From: a virus
Lineage: Duplodnaviria; Caudoviricetes
Direction: 5' to 3' (one strand)
IMG/VR virus record: IMGVR_UViG_3300028591_000081
Coordinates: 163,619 to 227,618 of that record
DNA length: 64,000 nucleotides
Shown here: positions 19,750 through 29,102 of the stretch, piece by piece
How positions within the stretch are numbered: the first letter of the stretch is position 1
Layout of the letters: each line of letters begins with the position of its first letter
Translations under genes and position numbers: made by a program
Notes under the pieces: model-generated
The model's input: the letters and a program-made list of their open reading frames with translations, nothing else
Database searches by the model: none
Told to the model about the DNA's origin: nothing

Positions 19750-19787
19750 ACCATAAAAGGTAACACAGGCGCGTGTTCAGCACCACA
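19745..19787 (-). promoter_or_regulatory. Motif promoter (TGTGGTGCTGAA-N25-TAAAAG)
   Basis: Exact box 19776-19787; TGG-TAAAAG. Confidence 0.55.
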
Positions 19788-19798
19788 CCAAAGTAGAG

Positions 19799-21580
19799 TT
19801 ATCTGCCCACTTCTTTGTCAATGAGATCCAGTGCCCAGTTCACGATGTCTGAACAGAGACTGCGCATGTCGTCCTCCCAGTCACCAGACCATGTGCATCT
19901 AAACTCTTTGTCCTCAATGGACTCAAAGTCACCGTCCACAATCTCCTCAAGTTCCACGTTGTAGACTGCCGTAGCCCGTCCCGATAATCCGGATTCACGA
20001 ACATCCAAAGAGAACATTCGATTGTCTTTGGCACCAGAGTCGGTTTCAATGGTGTATGTCCAGCGCGTCAAATCCGAATCCAACTGATACGACACATCAT
20101 ACGAGCCGTAGATCTCCTGACAGGAATCGTCGATAATAGTCTCAAGGGAGACCTCCACGGCGTCGTCTTCCACAGTAAGTTCTTCAAAACGACGCATCCT
20201 CGACTCACCGACTTTCACATGGGCATCACCTTTTTTGAGCAACTGATTCGTGGCATACGCAACCAAATCCAGTCCCTTGATAAGGGAGGCTTTAGTGATT
20301 GGCTTACCTGCGTCGATAGCTTTCTGTGCCTTGTCATCCTTTTTCAGGGCCTGACAGAGGAAACGGTAACACCGTTTGTCTGCGCAATAAAACCCATACC
20401 CATAGGCACGCGTAAAGCTGAGACCCATGTCCTGAAGCATCTGAACAATCTCCTGCTGATCCCACCCAGCCTCTGTAAGCTCAACGATCTGCCCTTTCAC
20501 CTTAATGAGCACTTTGTCCGGGAAAGTACGTTCCTCCGCCTCATAGAGTCTTACCCTGTTACGAATAATCATACGTTTTTCCTTTATCCAAGAATCACCA
20601 GTACGTAGAGCGTCGAAATCCACAATGGCTTTCGACCCTTCATAGAGGTGCAAATTCCCTTCGTCATCGAGAACCCCACCATAGGCACATACCCCGGCCA
20701 AATAAGCCGCATCCTGAGAACGTGTTCTGCGATAGGTATCCTTGATTGCGCTGACCATAGGTGTATCATGCCAATAATAATACATTCCTGACACCACACC
20801 GTCCAGCTCAGGTTTCGGAGAAGTCTTGTCGTAATACGTATTCAGAAGGATCTTGTGTGCCTCCTTGTCCGATACGATGTGGGTCGATCCCGGTCCACCA
20901 AAGATAAAGTCCCAAACATCGATCCGTTTTATACCACTGAGTTTAGCCAAGACAGCACATCCAAAAGCAATCAGGCACTGGGCATCGCTTTCCGGCATGG
21001 ATTTTATCCATGAAAGATTGCGTGCCTTTTCTGCAAATTCGTCCAACGAACGGCCCTTGTTGGCCTGTGCAAACGTTACCATCTTCACGCCATTGTCCCG
21101 TTCGTTGACACCGTGGATTTTCTCGACAGCTCTATGCTTCATGTCACGACGCCCATGTGCAGATTCTTCAACTGACGAAGACAGGGCTTTGGACAGTGTC
21201 ACAAAGTCATCTTCCATCTTGGAAGACAGGTCACGCAACTCATGCGCCACCTTCCCAATATCCCCAGCCTTCAGCGGAGAATACACCATTTCATCATAAG
21301 AACGGACATTTTCATCGCAGAAGGCGATCAGGTCTTCCAGCGTTTCGATTCCCTGATTTATCGCATCTTCAAGAAATCCGTTCTGCAAGCACTGTCTCTT
21401 GTAATCGACAAACTCCACATGGAATTCATCCCCAGAGTCAGAAGAGACTCTGTCTACGCGAATCTGGCCCACGGCATCACCAAGACTGGGTACGATGTAA
21501 AACACATCGTCATCCACGCCGTCCAGTGGAACTCCAAGACTCTCCAGACGGTCATACAACCGATCAAATAAATCTTCCAT
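19799..21580 (-). CDS. Putative internal head polyprotein (4 modules)
   Basis: Linkers VEE|SAHGRRDMKHRAVE|K, MIIRNRVRLYE|A (own AAGGA RBS and ATG at 20572), GE|SRMRRFE|E. Confidence 0.6.
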   Translation of the reverse strand: MEDLFDRLYDRLESLGVPLDGVDDDVFYIVPSLGDAVGQIRVDRVSSDSGDEFHVEFVDYKRQCLQNGFLEDAINQGIETLEDLIAFCDENVRSYDEMVYSPLKAGDIGKVAHELRDLSSKMEDDFVTLSKALSSSVEESAHGRRDMKHRAVEKIHGVNERDNGVKMVTFAQANKGRSLDEFAEKARNLSWIKSMPESDAQCLIAFGCAVLAKLSGIKRIDVWDFIFGGPGSTHIVSDKEAHKILLNTYYDKTSPKPELDGVVSGMYYYWHDTPMVSAIKDTYRRTRSQDAAYLAGVCAYGGVLDDEGNLHLYEGSKAIVDFDALRTGDSWIKEKRMIIRNRVRLYEAEERTFPDKVLIKVKGQIVELTEAGWDQQEIVQMLQDMGLSFTRAYGYGFYCADKRCYRFLCQALKKDDKAQKAIDAGKPITKASLIKGLDLVAYATNQLLKKGDAHVKVGESRMRRFEELTVEDDAVEVSLETIIDDSCQEIYGSYDVSYQLDSDLTRWTYTIETDSGAKDNRMFSLDVRESGLSGRATAVYNVELEEIVDGDFESIEDKEFRCTWSGDWEDDMRSLCSDIVNWALDLIDKEVGR

Positions 21581-21599
21581 ACCTACCTCTCTGTTTGTG

Positions 21600-22277
21600 C
21601 TATCTCATGCAGTAGAACAAGCTGTGGGATGCTGTGCCCAGCTTCTCTTCAAGGGCCTGTTTCTCGCTATTCCCTTCGCTCCGTAAATCCCCGGCATTAT
21701 GAGTTACAGGGGAACCTTGGATCTGAACATGACCAAGAATCTGGGCCTCGCAGAGCTTCACCAAGGCCAGCGAATACTCGAAACACCAGTTCACGAAGTT
21801 CTCAGGCATATTCTGGACACTCTTTTCCGTGATGGCCTCAACCGTGTAAGGCGGAGACTGCCCGTCAATGTACAGGGTATCCCCAACCAGACGGAACCCT
21901 ATGTCGTTGACGGTTTCCTGCAACGTGTTATAAACGAGTTCAGCCGTCAGGGTGTACTCAAGTTTGTCGCTTGAAGACCCGTTGGTCAGTCCACCGTAGT
22001 AAATGTTCGTTCGGTAAATGTCTTCGATGGCGTCTGTATTGGCATCATACGCACTGCCGGGAGAATGCACACGAAGTACCGCATACACCAGCTTGTCCGT
22101 GAACTTGACTGTGGAAGACGACACAGTGAACATGTCCACAGAGTTCAGGTACGGGGCCGCTTTCCGTATTGCCGCATCGCACTGCTGGTTTATCATGTCA
22201 TCCGTAATGGCGAGATGCACCACTGGATACCCCATCCTAGTCTTTATGTCGCTTATCCACGCCGCACGGTCTAACAT
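21600..22277 (-). CDS. Neck/head-completion protein (T4 gp13-like)
   Basis: IKTRMGYPVVHLAITDDMI N-terminus; WCFEYSLALVKLCEAQILG..NAGDLRSEG..EKQALEEKL C-terminus. Confidence 0.75.
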   Translation of the reverse strand: MLDRAAWISDIKTRMGYPVVHLAITDDMINQQCDAAIRKAAPYLNSVDMFTVSSSTVKFTDKLVYAVLRVHSPGSAYDANTDAIEDIYRTNIYYGGLTNGSSSDKLEYTLTAELVYNTLQETVNDIGFRLVGDTLYIDGQSPPYTVEAITEKSVQNMPENFVNWCFEYSLALVKLCEAQILGHVQIQGSPVTHNAGDLRSEGNSEKQALEEKLGTASHSLFYCMR

Positions 22278-22330
22278 GATACCTCCATATCCTTTCCAAA
22301 CTACACTCTACCTACCTGTCCTAATTTGAT

Positions 22331-23697
22331 ACGACTCGCGAGATTTAGCCCGTTGGTAAGGCGAGCAATTATTCTTGCATAAAGAATAACTATTTGTTAC
22401 CTATATGTCTGGGTGGTTAGTCCGACGGGATGAAAAGTGAGTAAGCCTCTCACCCACCACCCTCTAAAACAAAAGGCACGTATTCAAGGCTAAATACCAG
22501 TATGACTTACAAAGCGTTCAAGTACAGACTCTATCCTACTGCACCACAAGCAGAGAAAATCAACCAGAACATTGGTTGTGCTAGGTTCGTCTATAACCAA
22601 CTGCTTGATGACAGGATAAAGGTCTATAAGGAAACAAAGCAAAGGTCAAAGAAGACCTACTGTGACTTGAAGAAAGAGTACGCTTTCCTTAAAGAAGTTG
22701 ACAGTCGTGCATTGCTTCATGCAAGAGAAAACTTGGACGCGGCATACGACAAGTTTTTCAAAGAGCCAAGTACAGGCTTTCCGAAGTTCAAGGCAAAGCA
22801 TAAGTGTCGCTGGAGTTATACCACGGACAACAACAGTGATGCTGTCAGATTTGATGGTAATCGCCTCAAACTGCCAAAAATCGGGTACGTCAAAGTTGTT
22901 GAACACAGACGGCATGAAGGACGCATTCTAACAGCAACGATAAGTCAAGAACGAAGTGGCGAGTATTATGCTTCTGTTTTATGCGAAATTGAACCGTCTG
23001 AACCATTGCCAGTCACTGATAAGGTTATCGGAATCGACCTAGGATTACATGATCTCATTGTTTGCTCGGATGGTGAAAGAGTAGCGTCGCCAAAGCATTT
23101 CCGCAAATCAGAACAGAGACTGGCAAAACGACAACGAGCTTTCTCAAGAACTCAGAAAGGAAGCAAGGGACATGAGAAAGCTCGTTTGAAAGTCGCCCGG
23201 TGTCATCAGAAAATAAAGAACCAGAGGAATGATTTCCTCCAAAAGTTGTCCACCAAACTCATTCGCGAAAACCAAGTGATTTGTTTGGAAGACCTGTCTG
23301 TCAAAGGCATGGAACGAAACAAGAAACTGGCTAAGAGTGTATCTGATGCTAGTTTTTCAAAGTTCGTTTCGATGCTTGAGTACAAGGCAGAATGGTACGG
23401 ACGCGAGATAATCAAGATAGATCGTTTTTATCCTAGCACACAGCTTTGCAATGGTTGTGGATACAAGAATGAGTCTATTAAAGGCTTGAAAGGATTGAAG
23501 TTTAGAGAATGGATTTGTCCTGAATGTGGAGAAGTCCATGATCGAGATTTGAACGCCTCAAGAAACATCCTCAAAGAAGGAATAAGAGTATTGAACCTAC
23601 GGAACGTGGGGGATAGCAAGTTTACTGTGCATCACACTGCTTTAGTGTGATGTGCTTGCACTTGAAGCCCACCCGCTTTATCGGGTGGGTAGTTCAC
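22331..23697 (+). mobile_element. IS200/IS605-family tnpB-only (IS1341-like) element; left boundary uncertain
   Basis: Right-end hairpin GCCCACCCG/CGGGTGGGT 23667-23690 followed by TTCAC; no tnpA; visibly more AT-rich than the flanks. Confidence 0.7.
22502..23650 (+). CDS. tnpB: RNA-guided endonuclease TnpB
   Basis: HTH YKAFKYRLYPT; RuvC-I GIDLG, RuvC-II LEDL, RuvC-III DRDLNA; Zn ribbon CNGC..CPEC. Confidence 0.95.
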   Translation: MTYKAFKYRLYPTAPQAEKINQNIGCARFVYNQLLDDRIKVYKETKQRSKKTYCDLKKEYAFLKEVDSRALLHARENLDAAYDKFFKEPSTGFPKFKAKHKCRWSYTTDNNSDAVRFDGNRLKLPKIGYVKVVEHRRHEGRILTATISQERSGEYYASVLCEIEPSEPLPVTDKVIGIDLGLHDLIVCSDGERVASPKHFRKSEQRLAKRQRAFSRTQKGSKGHEKARLKVARCHQKIKNQRNDFLQKLSTKLIRENQVICLEDLSVKGMERNKKLAKSVSDASFSKFVSMLEYKAEWYGREIIKIDRFYPSTQLCNGCGYKNESIKGLKGLKFREWICPECGEVHDRDLNASRNILKEGIRVLNLRNVGDSKFTVHHTALV

Positions 23698-23908
23698 TCA
23701 AAGCCAGCCACAAAGCAAACCTGAAAGGAAGACTGACCGAACCCTTCTGTCTCGGTTTTGCCGTGAACACACATGCAGAAAAAGACTCATAGACATACAC
23801 TCTCGGGCCACGAAAATCCTTATCCTTTCGTACACAATAATGCTGATATTTCTTCAGCTTTCTACGCTGTTTATGCCTAGGCAAGGTAGTATAAGAGAGC
23901 ATAAGCAC
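23678..23908 (-). CDS. Possible small protein running into the IS right end (may be truncated by the insertion)
   Basis: Starts right after the GT stop codon; last codons lie inside the IS end. Confidence 0.3.
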   Translation of the reverse strand: MLMLSYTTLPRHKQRRKLKKYQHYCVRKDKDFRGPRVYVYESFSACVFTAKPRQKGSVSLPFRFALWLALSELPTR

Positions 23909-23909
23909 C

Positions 23910-24791
23910 TCATCCCTTGGAAGTCTCTGATAGGACTTGGTTCATCCAGTCCTTGATTTCTGTACACGGGACGAATCGAGTTCGATTTCCGATACTGTGA
24001 AGTTCGCCGTACACCGAAGACAGCTTGGAGAGGGTCTTGTTCCGTGTGGATGCCGTATTTCGTTTGCACTTGGCTTTCCACTCACTCTCCGACTTGTACA
24101 GATAATGACCAATAAACACATTCTCGTTGAACGTGAACGTCTTTCGACGGTTGTGCATCGTAGGCGAAACCCCATTCTCGAAGTAGGCCAAAGAAGAGCC
24201 GTTTCGTACCAGAGGATTATGTAAATGATGATAGGGCTGAACCTTTTCAGTCATACCGTAGTACACGTCCTGATCCGTCCGAACAAAGGTCTTGATGTAA
24301 GCACCACGGGCGTCATACCTATGATACGTCTTGAACTGAAGTCTGGTACAACGCGTCGTATGCGTGTTCAGGTAAGTCTCCGTGCGCTCCGTCATGGGGT
24401 TTTCAGATAGCATGTAGACCCACTCAACCGCTACCTTCTTATACTCCAAAGCATCCATGGCCTCCAAGAACTCATTGACGGAATGATGGTATTTATCCCC
24501 GATGTAGAGAATCTCATCGTCATCCAGCGGAATGCACCAGCGTGCCCGGGAGTGATTATTTACATGCTCTGTGTACAGCCTAGACTGGTCTGGGAAACCT
24601 CGAACTACGTGGTACTCCACCTTTGGGAAGGATTCGCACAACTCTTTAATCGGCACCGTAGACTCATTGTCATAGACAACAATATGATCAAAAGGAATAG
24701 CCTCAGAGTACCACCACAACCATAGGCGCAAATCCTCAAGGTTGTATGTCTTGGTCAGAAGCAACACTTCTGACTTGTAGAGATTGTCCAT
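23910..24791 (-). CDS. Glycosyltransferase (GT-A fold, GT2/GT92-like)
   Basis: FDHIVVYDNEST, WCIPLDDDEIL (DxD), IKTFVR, HYLYKS; GGAGG RBS. Confidence 0.85.
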   Translation of the reverse strand: MDNLYKSEVLLLTKTYNLEDLRLWLWWYSEAIPFDHIVVYDNESTVPIKELCESFPKVEYHVVRGFPDQSRLYTEHVNNHSRARWCIPLDDDEILYIGDKYHHSVNEFLEAMDALEYKKVAVEWVYMLSENPMTERTETYLNTHTTRCTRLQFKTYHRYDARGAYIKTFVRTDQDVYYGMTEKVQPYHHLHNPLVRNGSSLAYFENGVSPTMHNRRKTFTFNENVFIGHYLYKSESEWKAKCKRNTASTRNKTLSKLSSVYGELHSIGNRTRFVPCTEIKDWMNQVLSETSKG

Positions 24792-24814
24792 CGTATCCTC
24801 CCATTTCAAAAAGA

Positions 24815-24847
24815 AAAGCCCATGCATAAGGTTCATGCATGGGCTTT
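24815..24847 (-). terminator. Intrinsic terminator
   Basis: AAAGCCCATGCAT/ATGCATGGGCTTT. Confidence 0.7.
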
Positions 24848-24876
24848 CGATATAGAGGTTTTTGACAGAAGAAAGG

Positions 24877-26265
24877 TTACTTACGGACGCGTCGGAAACG
24901 CTTTCTGGACTCAGCAGGAATGAACCTGCCTTCTCCCGGGAGACCTATACCTACATGACGCTTCGCACGGTCCAACACATCCCAAATCAGGCTGTTGTGT
25001 GTATCACTGATGGCCGCGTTCTCAAAATCGACAAGATCATCCAGAAGTTGTGCAAGTTTCTCAAAGGACTTCAGGAATACCACCGCATCGTCATTATCCA
25101 CCATAACGAACTGGTCATTAAGCTCATTCAGGTAGTCTCGAAGTACTTCAAATGACCACGAATCGCCGGGCATCTTCCAGTTCACATCAAGGTCATCGTC
25201 ATAGAGAGCATGAATGCTCTTCTCCAACTGAATCATCTCATAGACCATGGAGTCCATCTTTTGTGCGATGTAATCATACCCACGGGCAATCTGTTCTGCG
25301 CGAGCAATGTCGGAATCCTTATCCAAATCCCAGAAGGTTGGACTCACATCGTTCGTGAATGCCTCATCCATCCTGTCAACAAAGTCAAGAATCTTCTCCA
25401 CAGAGGACTGAATGGAATCTTTGTTACCAAAGAGGTCTTTACCGTTGTACCCAGTCTTCTTGGCAACCCCAGCTTCCTGACGGATAGAATTACTGCACGC
25501 TTTCCAGTCATTGATGAGCTGATCAGAAACCAGTGCGTATTTCTTGTAGTTTCCGAAATACTGTTCCCAGTCCTGAGGCTCCACACCCTCGTTGCGTCTT
25601 CCCCTGTTACCTCGTTTTCGCCCCTCAAACTCGCTACGCAGGTCTCTGGAAATCTCGTACCGAGCATCATCCCACTCATCAGACACACGATTGATTTCTT
25701 CCTGAATCGTGTCTCGAATCAAGGACTCCATCTGAGCATCCGAACGAAGTTTCAACGGCCCGCGTTCCTCAAAACACAGATTTAGCGGAATCGTAATGCT
25801 GTCAGCCCACAATGTGGTTCCTGAGTCATTATTCAGAGCCACCGACAGAAAAACATGGGTGGGATACAGACCCAACTGTGAATTACGACCGCCTCCGACG
25901 TGTAACACACCACCGGAAAGACGCGCAAAATGTCGGTTCAAGTTGCCTACCGTAGCACGGAACAAACTCTCACCTTCCGAAGAATCACCGCTGACGAAAC
26001 CACGGATATTGGCAACGGACAGATAACGTCTGGCACTCTCACAGGTATCGCCAAGATCACAGATGTCGAGCATCCGTTTCATATAGGAGATGAATCCTCC
26101 TGCGATGGAAGAGATAACTGACGAAGACATGAGTGCGGCCAAGCTGATACCAAGAACGGAACTGCAATATGTCTGGAAACGCATGTCTAGCTTCTCGGAC
26201 ATATTGTATTCACTGTGTGCTTCAAAACGTCGTCGTAGGCTTGTATTTTTATGATGAACGATCAT
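24877..26265 (-). CDS. Putative internal head polyprotein
   Basis: Leader MIVHHKNTSLRRRFE|A; linker FE|GRKRGNRGRRNE|G; tail AE|SRKRFRRVRK; GGAGGAG RBS. Confidence 0.6.
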   Translation of the reverse strand: MIVHHKNTSLRRRFEAHSEYNMSEKLDMRFQTYCSSVLGISLAALMSSSVISSIAGGFISYMKRMLDICDLGDTCESARRYLSVANIRGFVSGDSSEGESLFRATVGNLNRHFARLSGGVLHVGGGRNSQLGLYPTHVFLSVALNNDSGTTLWADSITIPLNLCFEERGPLKLRSDAQMESLIRDTIQEEINRVSDEWDDARYEISRDLRSEFEGRKRGNRGRRNEGVEPQDWEQYFGNYKKYALVSDQLINDWKACSNSIRQEAGVAKKTGYNGKDLFGNKDSIQSSVEKILDFVDRMDEAFTNDVSPTFWDLDKDSDIARAEQIARGYDYIAQKMDSMVYEMIQLEKSIHALYDDDLDVNWKMPGDSWSFEVLRDYLNELNDQFVMVDNDDAVVFLKSFEKLAQLLDDLVDFENAAISDTHNSLIWDVLDRAKRHVGIGLPGEGRFIPAESRKRFRRVRK

Positions 26266-26282
26266 AGACTCCTCCAAAATCA

Positions 26283-28031
26283 TTATCTCATGGGCTTTCT
26301 GGCATTGCGACGAAAACTTTCCTGAGCAGGGAACCATGTATCGGCCTGCGACACAAATTCCTCAAAATCGGACATGCTGACTCCCAAATCTCTGAAACGT
26401 TCTGTGTCGATGGAATCCTTGTGCATCAAGAGATCGTAATCTGGATCCGTCTTGATCTGTTTGGAAAGTTCCTTCTGACAGGCATCCATGTAGTCTTTCA
26501 TGGAGGTCACGCAAGACTCGATCTTATCCGCTATTTGCGACAGAACACCAGAATAATCAGAAAGATCCAGTTCATAGTCGGTTTCTTCCTCAGCGTTATA
26601 AGGGTATGAAAGGGAAGACTTGAACTCCTCAACATCCTCGAATCCATCCTTTGCTACGGTTTGAAGGCGTTGTGTCGCCCAAACTGCCATCTCCCCGATC
26701 CAACGATGATGCTCGGCATAGAACACGCTTTGCTTAATGCCCCACGAAACCACCTGTTCCACAGGAAGCTGTTTGAGGGTTTTAAGCGAGACTTCAGCCT
26801 GTTTTGCCCTTCCAACGATACGCACCGAAAGTTCTGCAAGGTCTTTTAAGGAATCCTTTGAAACACCGCGCTGATCAAGCATGTCATAAAGATCTGAATA
26901 CACGGCATCACGCAACTGAACCGCCAGCTCCTTATTACTCACCTGAGCATCTCCAAGACTAATTAAAAATCCCACCTCGGAACGATCTTTAGACGCAAGT
27001 CCAATAAACACTGCTGGAGAGTCACTGGCAAGATCGTCCATGCACTGGAACACCTGAAGGTTTTTAGAAACAAAGAACTTGGAAAGCTCCTTGAGAAGAT
27101 TCGGATTGAACAGACCCATTCCGTCTTCCGTCTGGCATACAAGAGATCCGTCTTCCGTCAATGGAAGATCCAGTCCCTTATAACTGTCCGCTACGGAGAC
27201 CCAGTTCCGTTCGTCAAGCACAAAAGCAAACCTCTCAAACATTTTCCCACCGTCCACGGCATTCAGGGTCTTCAAATCCTGTGAAATATCATTCGTGGTG
27301 GCATAGAGATAATTCCCCTGCGTAACAAACTGATACTTCCCGATACGACCAGAACGTATGAAGGAGTTTTTCTTAGCGTAAGCCTGAAGTTGCTTGGTCG
27401 TCATCTTCTCAAGACGACGTTTTCTGGCTTTGGCGGCAGGATGTTTGCTCTCATACTTCCATTCCCCTTCAATGAGGAAAATGTTGTAATACACGCCACC
27501 CACTTCTTCGGACTCCGTGTGACCTTCAATGTCCAGCTCGTGTCCGTATCCATAAACTTCCCACAGCTCTTTGCAGAAGGCTTCACGGTCAATGACTTCC
27601 ATATCCCAAAGTTCGGAAATGGAATAATTGTCTTCCACCCACTCATAAATCTCGTCGTCATCGTCCGGCGCATCGTCACGGTCATTTTCCGCCAACCATG
27701 CATCAAGAACAGCATCGGAATTCCATAAATCGGTTCGCTCAGCCATACGGCACAAGTCCGGGTCATGCTCAATCATCGAACCGTCAGTGAATGTGTCGAG
27801 GAAATGGGCAGTGGCTTCTCGCTCCGCTTCTGAATCGGTCATAACCCAATACACATTCCCACTGAATGTAACTTCGGTAACGGGGCCGCTAAAACCATCG
27901 ACCGTACTGACATCAACCATGTCCGGGTCTGCACCAAAGAAGTTGATGACGGCCTGTCTACGGTCTTCGTTAGTCGAAGATTCAAACCGTCTGGATTTTC
28001 TCTCGAAATGTTTTCTTTCACGACGAAGCAT
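26283..28031 (-). CDS. Putative internal head polyprotein
   Basis: Leader MLRRERKHFERKSRRFE|SS; very acidic first module; linker KYE|SKHPAAKARKRRLE|K; tail QE|SFRRNARKPMR. Confidence 0.6.
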   Translation of the reverse strand: MLRRERKHFERKSRRFESSTNEDRRQAVINFFGADPDMVDVSTVDGFSGPVTEVTFSGNVYWVMTDSEAEREATAHFLDTFTDGSMIEHDPDLCRMAERTDLWNSDAVLDAWLAENDRDDAPDDDDEIYEWVEDNYSISELWDMEVIDREAFCKELWEVYGYGHELDIEGHTESEEVGGVYYNIFLIEGEWKYESKHPAAKARKRRLEKMTTKQLQAYAKKNSFIRSGRIGKYQFVTQGNYLYATTNDISQDLKTLNAVDGGKMFERFAFVLDERNWVSVADSYKGLDLPLTEDGSLVCQTEDGMGLFNPNLLKELSKFFVSKNLQVFQCMDDLASDSPAVFIGLASKDRSEVGFLISLGDAQVSNKELAVQLRDAVYSDLYDMLDQRGVSKDSLKDLAELSVRIVGRAKQAEVSLKTLKQLPVEQVVSWGIKQSVFYAEHHRWIGEMAVWATQRLQTVAKDGFEDVEEFKSSLSYPYNAEEETDYELDLSDYSGVLSQIADKIESCVTSMKDYMDACQKELSKQIKTDPDYDLLMHKDSIDTERFRDLGVSMSDFEEFVSQADTWFPAQESFRRNARKPMR

Positions 28032-28049
28032 ACTACATTCTCCTTGCCC

Positions 28050-28490
28050 CTACTTCAGTAATGATTTTATTTCACGTTCCCTGCATACCGAATCATACAC
28101 GGTAAATGTCGTGTACTCACAGGAATCGTCCAAGTCTTGAAGAAGACTCAAAGACACCTTCTCGATAATCCCATCCTCGTCATCGTCCTCATCAGAGCAC
28201 GATTCCTGAACGAAATCATCCAAAGCGTCGGCTGACTCAAAGAGGTATGCCGTGATACCAAACGCCTCATCGTCGCCTTCCCCGGACAGAATCCGTGCTC
28301 TGAGGTCTGCATCATAAGACGCCTCGCTCAGGGCACGCACAGCCTGTTCCACAGCCTCAGTGTACAGAGTGTCCAGCCATTCCTCAAACATAGAAGGTCT
28401 AACACACAGAGAACCTCGGAAACAAAGAATGAACGGTGTTCCATCAAGTTCGTCATAAATTATGTCCAGCACGCGAGATACAGACCCCAT
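28050..28490 (-). CDS. Hypothetical acidic protein
   Basis: ORF with GAGGG RBS. Confidence 0.6.
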   Translation of the reverse strand: MGSVSRVLDIIYDELDGTPFILCFRGSLCVRPSMFEEWLDTLYTEAVEQAVRALSEASYDADLRARILSGEGDDEAFGITAYLFESADALDDFVQESCSDEDDDEDGIIEKVSLSLLQDLDDSCEYTTFTVYDSVCREREIKSLLK

Positions 28491-28529
28491 ACACCACCCT
28501 CTTCGAAGACTTCAAAAACCAACAGTTTA

Positions 28530-29030
28530 TTAAATTTCTTTGACGCGTTTCAGCATTTCCTTACGGCTCAAACCTTCAGGATCAACTCCATGCTCCGTCA
28601 GATACGCGGCCAGCTCGTCCTTCTTCATGGAGAAGAAATCAGTCTTCTTGTCGGCTTTCATGTCTTCCACAGACGGTTCCACAGGAGGTTCTACGACTTC
28701 CTCTTGAATGGAAGCCATGTCTTCCACAATCTCGGATTTGGGAGACGAAACAGGGGTTTCGGCAACTTCAGGAACGTCAGACTTCAACACGTTCCCTGCC
28801 GACACATTGGAGGATTGATCAGGAACATTCTCTCTCACAGAAGACGCATCGGCAATAGCACCGATCACCTGAACAGAGAAAGCGTGATTGCGATTCAGCT
28901 CCTTGACCATTTCATCCGTCAGATTCATACGAACCTTGATACCTGCCGGGAACACATATCGTTTACTGCCAATCCATACTGCGGTCTGCACTCTCCGCAA
29001 ATTCTTCACAACGGCTTTTACCATACTCAT
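28530..29030 (-). CDS. Protein with C-terminal HeH/LEM (Rho-N-like) nucleic-acid-binding motif
   Basis: FFSMKKDELAAYLTEHGVDPEGLSRKEMLKRV after a low-complexity linker. Confidence 0.6.
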   Translation of the reverse strand: MSMVKAVVKNLRRVQTAVWIGSKRYVFPAGIKVRMNLTDEMVKELNRNHAFSVQVIGAIADASSVRENVPDQSSNVSAGNVLKSDVPEVAETPVSSPKSEIVEDMASIQEEVVEPPVEPSVEDMKADKKTDFFSMKKDELAAYLTEHGVDPEGLSRKEMLKRVKEI

Positions 29031-29102
29031 AACGTCTCTCCTGCCCCACAGAGCATCAATGGATGAAGTCCTACACATGATTACCAAAGCAATAACATTG
29101 CT

